Assembly: GCA_003280345.1 (NCBI GenBank)
Contig: QCFB01000004.1
Coordinates: 10,438-74,437, forward strand
DNA length: 64,000 bases
Reading direction: 5' to 3'
Source: Prochlorococcus sp. AG-363-A16
GTDB lineage: Bacteria; Cyanobacteriota; Cyanobacteriia; PCC-6307; Cyanobiaceae
The stretch's first letter is position 1; each line of letters opens with the position of its first letter. Positions 48,931-57,670 of the stretch are shown piece after piece. A program made the translations under genes and the position numbers. The notes under the pieces are model-generated. The model was given only the letters and a program-made list of their open reading frames with translations, was not told the origin of the DNA and made no database searches.

Positions 48931-49296
48931 ATGACTGATGGGCACAACTCAACCCACGCAACTGTGGAAGCAGAGGTTTTAGACAGCTCTGTAATTGATG
49001 AAGGTGTTTTAAGAAAAGTCTTACTCAGAGCTGGAAGAACCATCGCATTACCTGCTTTGGAAGCACTAGAAATGTTGATAGATCCAACAACCCCAGCTCA
49101 AGCAAGATTGACTATGCTTGCAGCACTAACTTATTTAATATTTCCCCTTGATTTTGTACCAGATCTAATACCTGTTGCAGGTTTTAGTGACGACCTAGTT
49201 GCCCTAACTGCAGTCATAAGTCTGTGGAGCAATCACATCACACCTCAAATACGAAATAGAGCTCGCCAAAAACTTGATAAGTGGTTTCCATTATGA
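48931..49296 (+). CDS. DUF1232 (YkvA-like) membrane protein
   Basis: LIFPLDFVPDLIPVAGFSDDLVAL motif. Confidence 0.6.
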   Translation: MTDGHNSTHATVEAEVLDSSVIDEGVLRKVLLRAGRTIALPALEALEMLIDPTTPAQARLTMLAALTYLIFPLDFVPDLIPVAGFSDDLVALTAVISLWSNHITPQIRNRARQKLDKWFPL

Positions 49297-49631
49297 CTCC
49301 TATATCTTCCTGGTCCTCACAAATAGAAGAAGAACTAACGCAAATCATCAAAGATTGGCTCAAGTATCAAGGGAAAACCCAGGCCGATTTACGCCAAAGT
49401 TTGCAAGCTGAATCAAGTCGCATGCAAGCTTTAATGGAAGTTCTAAAAAAAGAATACTCATCAGGCGGGCTGCCTAAAATGACTGAAAAAATCTGCCAAA
49501 TAGAAGAGTCTTGGTCAATTAAAAGTCAAACTAAGAATGCAACAGGAGACATCAAGGAAACTGGCATTGATGACCCATTTGGACAATTAGATCTATTAAT
49601 AGAGGAAATTCGAGAAGATTGCCCAAGATAA
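49293..49631 (+). CDS. Hypothetical protein, translationally coupled to the DUF1232 gene
   Basis: ATGA start/stop overlap at 49293-49296. 112-aa acidic ORF with no motif recognised. Confidence 0.45.
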   Translation: MTPISSWSSQIEEELTQIIKDWLKYQGKTQADLRQSLQAESSRMQALMEVLKKEYSSGGLPKMTEKICQIEESWSIKSQTKNATGDIKETGIDDPFGQLDLLIEEIREDCPR

Positions 49632-49755
49632 TGGTTTAACAAATGTCCAAGGCTAGATTTTTGATCAACTAAAGAAAACCTACTTCTAAAGATTTCAAGT
49701 CAATTATTTATGACAAGATAAACCTCAATTTAAACCATTCAGAATTAATTTGACT

Positions 49756-50277
49756 TCATTTCCAGAGAAGCGAAAGCCAAATAGTTCCAGGAGCTGAATT
49801 TGTACGTTCAATTCGGTGCAATCGTCTGGAAGGCAAAAGCAAATGATCACCAACACTCATATCTAATGTCCCATCAGGATCTCTGAGCCTTAAAAGTGCA
49901 CTCCCCTGCAAAATCAAAATCCATTCGTTCTCCTCTTGGTCATACCAAAAACCCTTTTGACTCATCGCTGCATTAGAAACAATCAATTCCAAGCGCCAGT
50001 TATCTCCTTCCTGTATTTGAAATTTTTGCTCAAAACCTTCTTGAGGCAGAGGTCTATTAAACAAGTTATCTTTTGAGACCAAATCGCTTTTCCCAGATGG
50101 CTCTCCCCACCGCCGACCTATCTCAAAGCCCCAACTACTAGCAAGTTGGACGACTTCATTGTGATTAGTACAAGCTGCCAAAAGTTTTCTTCGAAAAGGG
50201 GTTTCGTCCAATGAATCAACCATTTGTTGCAGCTGTGAAACCTTTTCAAGAAAAGCCTGAAGATCTTGCTCAGCCAT
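49756..50277 (-). CDS. Nif11-like N-terminal domain fused to a cupin domain
   Basis: N-terminus LQAFLEKVSQLQQMV...HNEVVQLASSWGFEI fits the Nif11 pattern. C-terminal cupin strands are EWILILQGSALLRL...GDHLLLPSRRLHRIE. Confidence 0.7.
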   Translation of the reverse strand: MAEQDLQAFLEKVSQLQQMVDSLDETPFRRKLLAACTNHNEVVQLASSWGFEIGRRWGEPSGKSDLVSKDNLFNRPLPQEGFEQKFQIQEGDNWRLELIVSNAAMSQKGFWYDQEENEWILILQGSALLRLRDPDGTLDMSVGDHLLLPSRRLHRIERTNSAPGTIWLSLLWK

Positions 50278-50603
50278 CGAAATCTCCTAAGCATTTATAC
50301 AAATAGAATTGGGGAAGGTATCCATCCATAACCAAAATTAACTTGACTATTGCTCAAAATGACTATTCATCAAAAAATAAGAGCTAAGGCAAAGTCGCCA
50401 AAAGTTTATTTGCAAAGAAAACAAGTTAAAAATCAAGGTTAGTATAGCCAATCAGCAGATTAAAATTGTATTCAATTGAAATTGAGAATATTTGAGCAAA
50501 AATTTCACAAAGCATATATAAAAGAATCGATTAGACATGATAATGTCTATACAAAATAATTTTGCTTGGCATTTAGGAGTTAATTTTCCATGATCCCTAC
50601 TTC

Positions 50604-50984
50604 ATGAGAGTTACTAACGGATTAAGCTCTTTTTTGGGAAGTCTCTTTTTCTCAATCATTTTGCTGATCCTTTCCTTCACAGTGTCTTCATTAAGCCTAC
50701 CAACTAAATCATGGGCAACAGAGAAAGCAAACGGGAAAGATCTCTTCATTCAACATTGTTCAGGCTGCCACATCAATGGTGGAAATATCATTCGTAGAAG
50801 TAAAACATTAAAAATAAAGGCGCTAAACCGGAACGGAATAAACAACCCAGATGCTATTGCAAAAATAGCACGTTCAGGCATAGGGATTATGTCTGGCTAT
50901 GAAAATGTGCTTGGAGAAAATGGAGATCAGGTAGTTGCTAATTGGATATGGAAACAAGCTCAAAATGCTTGGGTCCAAGGGTAA
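50604..50984 (+). CDS. c-type cytochrome, cytochrome c6-like (c6B/c6C-type by recollection)
   Basis: Signal/anchor segment, heme motif CSGCH, GGNIIRRSKTLK, Met ligand candidate in GIMSGY, C-terminal WIWKQAQNAW. Confidence 0.8.
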   Translation: MRVTNGLSSFLGSLFFSIILLILSFTVSSLSLPTKSWATEKANGKDLFIQHCSGCHINGGNIIRRSKTLKIKALNRNGINNPDAIAKIARSGIGIMSGYENVLGENGDQVVANWIWKQAQNAWVQG

Positions 50985-51229
50985 ACCTCGAACGAAGTCC
51001 ATATACCCTCCTTCCAATAAATATCGTCTTGAATAAGTTGCTTAACAATGCCTAGATTCTTAGCTTCGAAAATTCCAAAAACGTATTTAGTGCATTTAGT
51101 TGGACCCAATGTGATAAGAATCTCCTTTTGCTTAAGAATAGAAAGCCTATTCAGGTGCATCTCACGAAAAGGTTCACGCTTTTGAAGCGCATTTTCACAG
51201 TAAGTGCCCCAAAGAACAAATCGCTCCAT
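50960..51229 (-). CDS. YciI-like small protein
   Basis: 89-aa ORF. Its pattern (FVLWGTY...REPFREMHLNRL...LITLGP) resembles YCII-related domain proteins. The 3' end overlaps the cytochrome gene by 25 nt. Confidence 0.5.
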   Translation of the reverse strand: MERFVLWGTYCENALQKREPFREMHLNRLSILKQKEILITLGPTKCTKYVFGIFEAKNLGIVKQLIQDDIYWKEGIWTSFEVYPWTQAF

Positions 51230-51330
51230 AACTTAAGGATTAAATAATTTCAAGAAGTTGTCTATAAAATAATGGCACAAATGGTTGATAAATTGCTATG
51301 TTACTTAAGTAGATCATTTTATTACAGATC

Positions 51331-51696
51331 ATGCTAACTGGTAGCGACCTACTCACCAAAGTCAAAGAACTAGGTGATATAAGCAAATCAGATCTTGTTC
51401 GTGCTTGTGGATATGTTTCCACAAAGAAAGGTGGAGGAGAACGACTTAACTTCACAGCTTTTTACGAATCTCTTCTAGAAGCTAAAGGAGTGAGCCTTGG
51501 AGATACTGGTACTGCTGGTATTGGCAAAGGGGGCAGAAAGCTTAGTTACGTGGCAACTGTTCAGGGCAACGGCAATCTATTGATTGGCAAAGCATACACA
51601 GCACTATTAGATCTCAAATCAGGTGATGAATTTGAAATCAAGCTAGGTCGTAAGCAGATCAGGCTAGTTCCAGCTGGAGCGACAGAAGAAGACTAA
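51331..51696 (+). CDS. Cyanobacterial AbrB-like transcriptional regulator (cyAbrB)
   Basis: Conserved N-terminus MLTGSDLLTKVKELGDISKSDLVRACGY and a C-terminal AbrB/SpoVT-type domain (LLIGKAYTALLDLKSGDEFEIKLGRKQIRLVP). Confidence 0.8.
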   Translation: MLTGSDLLTKVKELGDISKSDLVRACGYVSTKKGGGERLNFTAFYESLLEAKGVSLGDTGTAGIGKGGRKLSYVATVQGNGNLLIGKAYTALLDLKSGDEFEIKLGRKQIRLVPAGATEED

Positions 51697-51754
51697 ACAT
51701 TGAATTGATTAATGAGATTTAATGAATTAAAGAAAAAGAAAAATTAAATACAAG

Positions 51755-51793
51755 AAAAAAGTTCCTAGAATATATCTAGGAACTTTTTATTTT
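51755..51793. terminator. Bidirectional rho-independent terminator between cyAbrB and trpA
   Basis: aaaaaa gttcctaga atata tctaggaac tttttatttt. 9-bp stem with an A-run on one side and a T-run on the other. Confidence 0.6.
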
Positions 51794-51832
51794 GTATTCT
51801 CTCTCTATTTAAAGATTTTGAATTAATACTAT

Positions 51833-52648
51833 TTAACCGGTAGCTTCTCGCAATTCAAGGCAAAAGTCACCTGCTTCATCAACTTCATGCCCTGGTTTGG
51901 AATTAAAAATACGCTTCACAAGAGCACTGCCAACTATTGCTCCATCGGCACCCCAACTTCTCACTTGACGTACATGTTTAGGATCTGAAATTCCAAATCC
52001 AACGGCCACTGGAGTAGTGCAACATTCTTTGATTTGTTTAACAAGACATCCCACACGCTCTTGCAAAACTGACCTTTCACCAGTCACACCAGTAACACTA
52101 ACAAGATATGTAAATCCCTTACTGCTCATTGAAATTCTTTTCATTCTTTCCTCAGGGGTTGTGGGCGCAACTAGAAGGACCAAATCAAGCCCTCTAGCTT
52201 CAGCAATTGGAGAAAGTTTTTCTGCTTCATCAATAGGAAGGTCAGGAATAACAAGACCAGCAGCTCCTGCCTGAGCTGCTTCATCACAAAAGCACTCCAT
52301 GCCACGATTAAACAACAGATTGCTATAAGTAAAAATTATTACTGGTATAGACAACTTTTCTTTTAAAGCAGAAAGCATATTAAAAACACCTGAAGGAGTC
52401 GTTCCTCCAGAAAGTGCGCGAGAAGCTGCTAATTGAATTACTGGTCCATCAGCAAGTGGATCACTATAAGGAATGCCCAACTCGATAATATCTGCTCCTT
52501 TTTCCTCTAGCTTTAACATGATTTCAGATGAAGTTTTTAAATCAGGATCTCCTGCCATAAGAAAAGGCATCAAAGCAATTCTTCCCTCTTGCTTGAGACG
52601 GGAGAAGCATCGATCGATTGCTGAGTTTTGCGAGGATTTGTTTTCCAA
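51833..52648 (-). CDS. trpA: Tryptophan synthase alpha chain
   Basis: [34 protein letters not shown]. Full-length TrpA. Confidence 0.93.
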   Translation of the reverse strand: MENKSSQNSAIDRCFSRLKQEGRIALMPFLMAGDPDLKTSSEIMLKLEEKGADIIELGIPYSDPLADGPVIQLAASRALSGGTTPSGVFNMLSALKEKLSIPVIIFTYSNLLFNRGMECFCDEAAQAGAAGLVIPDLPIDEAEKLSPIAEARGLDLVLLVAPTTPEERMKRISMSSKGFTYLVSVTGVTGERSVLQERVGCLVKQIKECCTTPVAVGFGISDPKHVRQVRSWGADGAIVGSALVKRIFNSKPGHEVDEAGDFCLELREATG

Positions 52649-52704
52649 AGAGTCTCTCTTGGCAGTTCTCTAAGTGATCATCACAAAGGATAATTCAATA
52701 AAGC

Positions 52705-53053
52705 TTATATATCAGAAGCAGAGTTAAGAGTATTTTTCTCTGCCTCGAGCTCTTCAATTAAACGATTCTGCTCATCCTTAGGCAAAGAGTCAAACTTAGC
52801 CTGTAGTTCAGCAGTAGAAATTTGTTCATAAGCTTCCCTATAACGCCTGCGTTGTTCCATAAAAGTCATTTGACCAGTAACTACACGAAGCAGGTAAGAA
52901 CCAGTCCATCCAAGAATGACAACAACCAGAAGAGCCTCCGCTGCAATACCAGCAGATATATCTTCAAGGCCTATTAATCGAAAAATTAAAAATCCCCCCC
53001 CCCCCTAATAGAAGAGCTGCTAATCCAATTTGGAAAACCCTTGCACGTGTCAA
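52705..53053 (-). pseudogene. DUF3007-like small membrane protein gene interrupted by a +1 frameshift in a C12/G12 tract
   Basis: The upstream frame (TTG 53053) reads TRARVFQIGLAALLLGGGG and stops 9 codons after the tract. The other frame opens exactly at the tract (TAG GGG...). It runs 96 codons (FLIFRLIGLEDISAGIAAEALLVVVILGWTGSYLLRVVTGQMTFMEQRRRY...) to TAA 52705. The 349-nt span is not a multiple of 3. Confidence 0.6.
52994..53005. repeat. Homopolymer C12 (G12 on the coding strand)
   Basis: Counted directly: aat ccccccc ccccc taata. Conspicuous in an AT-rich genome. Confidence 0.9.
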
Positions 53054-53057
53054 ATTC

Positions 53058-53309
53058 TCAGTCCTCTCCTTGGCCATTCATACGAAGATTTAAAAAGGGA
53101 GAAAACAAAATCAAACCTGGAAAGAAAAGAAATACTAAACCGTAGACACCCAATCGCTCTAACTTCCCCATAATGTGCCAGCGACTATTCATCCAATAAA
53201 AAAGGGACAATGGAACTAAAATCAAATAAAACAAGCCGAGAATTGCGTAAGCTCCTATCACAAGCAAAGAGTTGTTATTGATTTGGCTAACCAAGACCAC
53301 AAAAGTCAC
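53058..53309 (-). CDS. ndhL: NAD(P)H-quinone oxidoreductase subunit L
   Basis: [39 protein letters not shown] matches the conserved NdhL core as recalled. Two TM helices, 83 aa. Confidence 0.85.
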   Translation of the reverse strand: MTFVVLVSQINNNSLLVIGAYAILGLFYLILVPLSLFYWMNSRWHIMGKLERLGVYGLVFLFFPGLILFSPFLNLRMNGQGED

Positions 53310-53376
53310 TATGGGGTAGGAAAAACTATCCTTCGAAATCTAAGATGAAATGTGGTCGATTAGTCCACACCGTGAA

Positions 53377-53462
53377 GGGAGCATGGCGGAATTGGTAGAC
53401 GCAGCGGACTTAAAATCCGTAGGTCGTAAAAGACTGTGGGGGTTCAAGTCCCCCTGCTCCCA
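53377..53462 (+). tRNA. tRNA-Leu (anticodon UAA), class II with long variable arm; no encoded CCA
   Basis: Acceptor gggagca/tgctccc, anticodon stem gcgga/tccgt with loop cTTAAaa, variable arm ggtcgtaaaagact, T-arm ggggg ttcaagt ccccc. Confidence 0.9.
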
Positions 53463-53505
53463 TTAATTGATCTTGAAACAAAGCAACCTTTTTAAATAAA
53501 TTAAT

Positions 53506-54579
53506 TTATTTATTAGGTCCCATAAGCAGAGTCCATCTAAGGGTTTCCCCTGCATGAAATGGAACTAATTTTTCACTTGTTTGTTCATTCCTTAGAACCT
53601 CAACAAAATCAGGTACGACCTGATTTTGTTTTATCAATGTGACTGATTGTTCGTTTAAGGGCAGACCATAGAAAACCGGCCCATATTCACTTGCAAAAGC
53701 TTCCAGCCGATCAAGAGCTCCCTCTTGTTCAAAGACTTCTGCATAGCTTTCAAGTGCATAAGGAGAATTAAAAATCCCTGCGCACCCACATGAACTCTCC
53801 TTAAAAGCCCTCAAATGAGGCGCTGAATCGGTTCCTAAAAAAAAGCAAGCTTTTCCACTAGTGGCCGCTTTTCGCAAAGCAAGGCGATGTCGCTCTCTTT
53901 TTGCCACTGGCAAGCAGAAAAAATCGCTTCTCAAACCACCATCAAACATTGCATTTCGATTGATATGCAAATGATGAGGAGTAATTGTCGCAGCTATTTT
54001 TGAAGAACTAGTGTCTACAAACTCAACAGCCTGCTCAGTCGTTATGTGCTCTAGAACAACTTTTAGTCTTGGGAACCGAACTAAGAGCGGTACAAGGTGA
54101 CGCTCAATAAAAACAACTTCTCTATCAAAGACATCTACGTCTCTATCAACAACTTCACCATGAATAAGCAGTGGCATTCCGATACTTTCCATTGTCTCCA
54201 GAAGGGAGTCAATGCTTCTTAAATCACTAACACCTTGAGCAGAATTTGTAGTTGAATTTGCGGGATAAAGCTTAGCCGCGATGAAAACTCCATTTCGGAA
54301 GCCTTTCTCTAGGACTTCTGGGCAAAGGTTGCTGGTGATATAAGCCGTCATGAGAGGTGTGAAAGCCATCCCTACTGGTGTTGAATCTAAAATTCTTTTC
54401 CGATAACTAACAGCTGCCTCAACGGTAGTAATCGGGACAGTAAGATTAGGCATTACAACTGCACGACGAAAAACGCGAGCCGTATTCATAACAGTGACAT
54501 TAAGCATGTCACCATCCCTAAGATGAAGGTGCCAATCGTCAGGTTGGCGAAGAGTGATTCGTTCTGGAGAATGATTCAA
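53506..54579 (-). CDS. pyrC: Dihydroorotase (homodimeric PyrC type)
   Basis: Near-colinear with E. coli PyrC: RQPDDWHLHLRDGDML, VMPNL, AAKLYPANSTTNS, MPLLIHGEV, FLGTDSAPH, ESSCGCAGIF. Confidence 0.93.
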   Translation of the reverse strand: MNHSPERITLRQPDDWHLHLRDGDMLNVTVMNTARVFRRAVVMPNLTVPITTVEAAVSYRKRILDSTPVGMAFTPLMTAYITSNLCPEVLEKGFRNGVFIAAKLYPANSTTNSAQGVSDLRSIDSLLETMESIGMPLLIHGEVVDRDVDVFDREVVFIERHLVPLLVRFPRLKVVLEHITTEQAVEFVDTSSSKIAATITPHHLHINRNAMFDGGLRSDFFCLPVAKRERHRLALRKAATSGKACFFLGTDSAPHLRAFKESSCGCAGIFNSPYALESYAEVFEQEGALDRLEAFASEYGPVFYGLPLNEQSVTLIKQNQVVPDFVEVLRNEQTSEKLVPFHAGETLRWTLLMGPNK

Positions 54580-54948
54580 AACAATTACCTAATCAGGACC
54601 TATGGATTGCATTGGCCAAGAAACATGCAATTACTGCCTGCTACTACTGGTTGTATAGCAACGGGAGCCTCAAAACAATAGTCAATTTAGCAATCTCCTC
54701 CTAACATTTTTCCTACTTAATCAAACAAAGTTAAGAACAATTACCACGATAGATTTATTATTAATGCTTAGCTTTGCTAGTCACAGGGTCCTAATAGAAA
54801 TTCATCAGCTGTCCAAGGCACTTATCTCTTCTATTACTAGAGAACCAATTATGCTTCAGTAGAGAATTCAAGGGCCACTAATAGTAAATGAATGCCCTAA
54901 ACAAGACCACCAGTCTTCAGGACTAAAAAAGTATCAAGTTAAAAGTTT

Positions 54949-56073
54949 ATGCCAACATTCATACTCTCAGCTCTAGAAGTGCTGACTGGAATAGGTCTGC
55001 TATTTGGAGGTGGAGAACTTTTTGTTCAAGGGTCAGTCTCACTATCTCTAATACTTGGCATCCCTCAACTTATTATTGGTTTAACTGTTGTATCTCTAGG
55101 GACCAGTGCTCCTGAGCTCTTTGTAAGTGTTGGGTCAGTTTTAAAAGGGTCGGATGCGCTGGCAGTAAGCAATGTAGTTGGAAGCAATATTTTTAATGTA
55201 TTGGTAGTTCTTGGCAGTAGTGCTCTCGTTCTCCCTTTAAAAGTGGAAAGTCGACTAGTTAGAAGGGACGTTCCTCTCCTCCTAGCCGTTTCTGCTGCCG
55301 TTTGGGGAATGGCCTCCACCGGGAAAGTGACCTGGCAAGCAGGCATGGCACTATTTCTTGCGCTTGTGATTAATACCATCTGGGAAATCCGTACTGTCCA
55401 AGAAGGTGAAGAAGGGGTTGAAGAAGCAGAGCCTGAAATCAATGTCGAATCTGCATCAGATGGGTGGATAAAAGCAAGTATCCGTATTGGGGCAGGACTT
55501 CTTCTTCTAAGTATTGGTTCAAACTTTTTGGTAAGTGGTGCAAGTTCGGCAGCCTCCTTATTAGGAATAAGTGAAGCTGTTATTGGATTAACAATTGTCT
55601 CTGCTGGTACATCTATGCCTGAGCTAATAACTTCTCTTGTAGCTGCAATAAAAGGTAGAACAGATCTTGCCATTGGCAACGTCGTAGGGAGTAGTTTGCT
55701 TAACCAATTACTTGTACTTTCTAGCTGTGCTCTTACATCAGGAAGCAGAGGACTTGACGTAGATCAAGTACTTATTCAAAAGGACTTACCTCTAATGGTC
55801 CTTACAACACTTGCCTGCATGCCAATTTTCTGGACAAAAGGAAGGATAAGCAGAGTCGAAGGAGGAGCTTTATTAAGTTTGTATTGTTTATATTTAATTG
55901 ACCAAATTATACCAGTAACACTACCAAATTTACATGATGAGTTTAGGTTGATAGTACTCTGTGTAATTATGCCATTAGCAATAGTTTCAATTGCTTTCCA
56001 AGTTATAATCTACTGGAAAGATATCCGCAAAATCAAGAAAAATAATATTATTCAAACCTTCTCTAAAAACTAA
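54949..56073 (+). CDS. Ca2+/cation antiporter (CaCA/YrbG family)
   Basis: Two alpha-repeats, GTSAPELFVS and GTSMPELITS, separated by an acidic loop, with about 10 TM. Confidence 0.88.
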   Translation: MPTFILSALEVLTGIGLLFGGGELFVQGSVSLSLILGIPQLIIGLTVVSLGTSAPELFVSVGSVLKGSDALAVSNVVGSNIFNVLVVLGSSALVLPLKVESRLVRRDVPLLLAVSAAVWGMASTGKVTWQAGMALFLALVINTIWEIRTVQEGEEGVEEAEPEINVESASDGWIKASIRIGAGLLLLSIGSNFLVSGASSAASLLGISEAVIGLTIVSAGTSMPELITSLVAAIKGRTDLAIGNVVGSSLLNQLLVLSSCALTSGSRGLDVDQVLIQKDLPLMVLTTLACMPIFWTKGRISRVEGGALLSLYCLYLIDQIIPVTLPNLHDEFRLIVLCVIMPLAIVSIAFQVIIYWKDIRKIKKNNIIQTFSKN

Positions 56074-56144
56074 AAGTTATCCAACGAAGCCCAAAGCAAT
56101 AAAAGCACTATTATTTAAACAGTACTCAACTAAAACATTAAATT

Positions 56145-57506
56145 TTATCGCATAGTCACGAATTCCTCGGCAACTGTTGGGTGCAAAGCCATCGTCCGGT
56201 CAAAGTCAGATTTTGTAGCTCCCATATTTATGGCAATAGAGGCCATTTGAATAATTTCAGCCGCATGTTCGCCAATCATATGACAACCTATAACCTTACT
56301 TGTATTAACATCAACAATTAATTTTAAAAGACAATTAGCTCCTGTCTTTGAAAGAGATCTTGACATTGGTCGAAAACTAGATCGATACACTTTTATTTTT
56401 TCGCTACCATAATTATCAATAGCACTTTCTTCAGTGAAACCCACTCCAGAGATTTCTGGCTGACTGAAGACAGCACTAGGAACATTATCATAACTAACTC
56501 TTCGAGATTTATTTCCATAAATGTTATCAGCAAATATTCGACCTTCTTCTATCGCGACAGGGGTCAGTTGTATTCTATCAGTAACATCTCCTATAGCATA
56601 TATATTTGGGATATTTGTAGCCAGCCTCATATCAACTAAAATCTTGTTCCCTTCAACATTAACTCCAGCACTTTCTAAACAAAGATTCTTCAAGAAAGGC
56701 CTTCTACCGGTTGCCAGAAGGACTCCCCCACATGATAGTTCTTCACCTGAATCAATTAAAAGTTTCAAGCCATTTATTTCCTCTTTTATACCTACAGGAA
56801 ATTCTCCAAAGCAGATTCTTATACCTTTACTCCGCATATCTTCCTTTAAAACACTCGTAAGTTCCCTATCAAAACCTTTTAACAAGTGCTGCCCTCGGAC
56901 TATCTGAATCACCTCTAACCCTAAGCTATTAAGAATACAAGCAAATTCACATGCAATAAATCCAGCACCAACAATTATCACCCTTTCAGGTAGATCTTTT
57001 TGAAGAAAAATATCATCACTAACCCAAGCTAACTCAACTCCTGGAAAATCAGGGCGAACAGGCCTGCCTCCCACAGCAATCAAAATACGATCTCCTTTCA
57101 GAATTCTGACTTTTCTATTACATTCAGAATCACTTACTCCAATAGAATTTGAATCAATAAAATGTCCCCAGCCCTGCACTAGCTCTACACCAGCCTTTTT
57201 AAGAAAATCCATATGTAATCTATTTAAACGATCTACCTCTGTGCGTACATTGCTAAACAAAATACCTGCATCAATCCTTGAATCTTTTAGCTGCACTCCA
57301 AAGCTAGAAGCCATCTCAATATGGTCTCTATACATAGATCCATAAACCAATAGCTTCTTAGGGACACATCCCTTAATCACACATGTTCCACCTACACGGT
57401 CACCTTCAACAATTGCCACACGTGCTCCATAAGAAGCAGCTCTTTTGGCCGCCGCCAGACCTCCAGAACCAGCACCCAAAACAATCAGGTCAAAATAGTT
57501 TTCCAA
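56145..57506 (-). CDS. gor: Glutathione-disulfide reductase-like flavoprotein disulfide oxidoreductase
   Basis: DLIVLGAGSGGLAAA, redox-active GGTCVIKGCVPKK, a second dinucleotide motif IIVGAGFIACEFA, and a C-terminal dimerisation domain with HPTVAEE. Confidence 0.82.
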   Translation of the reverse strand: MENYFDLIVLGAGSGGLAAAKRAASYGARVAIVEGDRVGGTCVIKGCVPKKLLVYGSMYRDHIEMASSFGVQLKDSRIDAGILFSNVRTEVDRLNRLHMDFLKKAGVELVQGWGHFIDSNSIGVSDSECNRKVRILKGDRILIAVGGRPVRPDFPGVELAWVSDDIFLQKDLPERVIIVGAGFIACEFACILNSLGLEVIQIVRGQHLLKGFDRELTSVLKEDMRSKGIRICFGEFPVGIKEEINGLKLLIDSGEELSCGGVLLATGRRPFLKNLCLESAGVNVEGNKILVDMRLATNIPNIYAIGDVTDRIQLTPVAIEEGRIFADNIYGNKSRRVSYDNVPSAVFSQPEISGVGFTEESAIDNYGSEKIKVYRSSFRPMSRSLSKTGANCLLKLIVDVNTSKVIGCHMIGEHAAEIIQMASIAINMGATKSDFDRTMALHPTVAEEFVTMR

Positions 57507-57670
57507 GAAAATACATTATTCAACAATGAAACAATTGTCCCCTTATTTGCCCAAACAAGCCATCAAGTATTTCATATGGGAAATAATCTCCACTTAATTT
57601 ATCAATAAAATCTCATTAGATTAAAAACAACACATTAACAAGCAATCTTGAAATCATCAATTTTCTAAAA

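Noticed and set aside
55065-55679. 204-codon minus-strand ORF inside the CaCA antiporter gene
   Set aside because: It is long, but it is antisense to an ORF carrying both GTS(A/M)PEL alpha-repeats. The antisense translation is Ser/Thr/Pro/Arg-rich, as expected for the reverse of Gly/Ala/Val/Leu-rich membrane codons.
56521-56907. 128-codon + strand ORF inside gor
   Set aside because: Antisense to a complete flavoprotein disulfide reductase, with no motif of its own.
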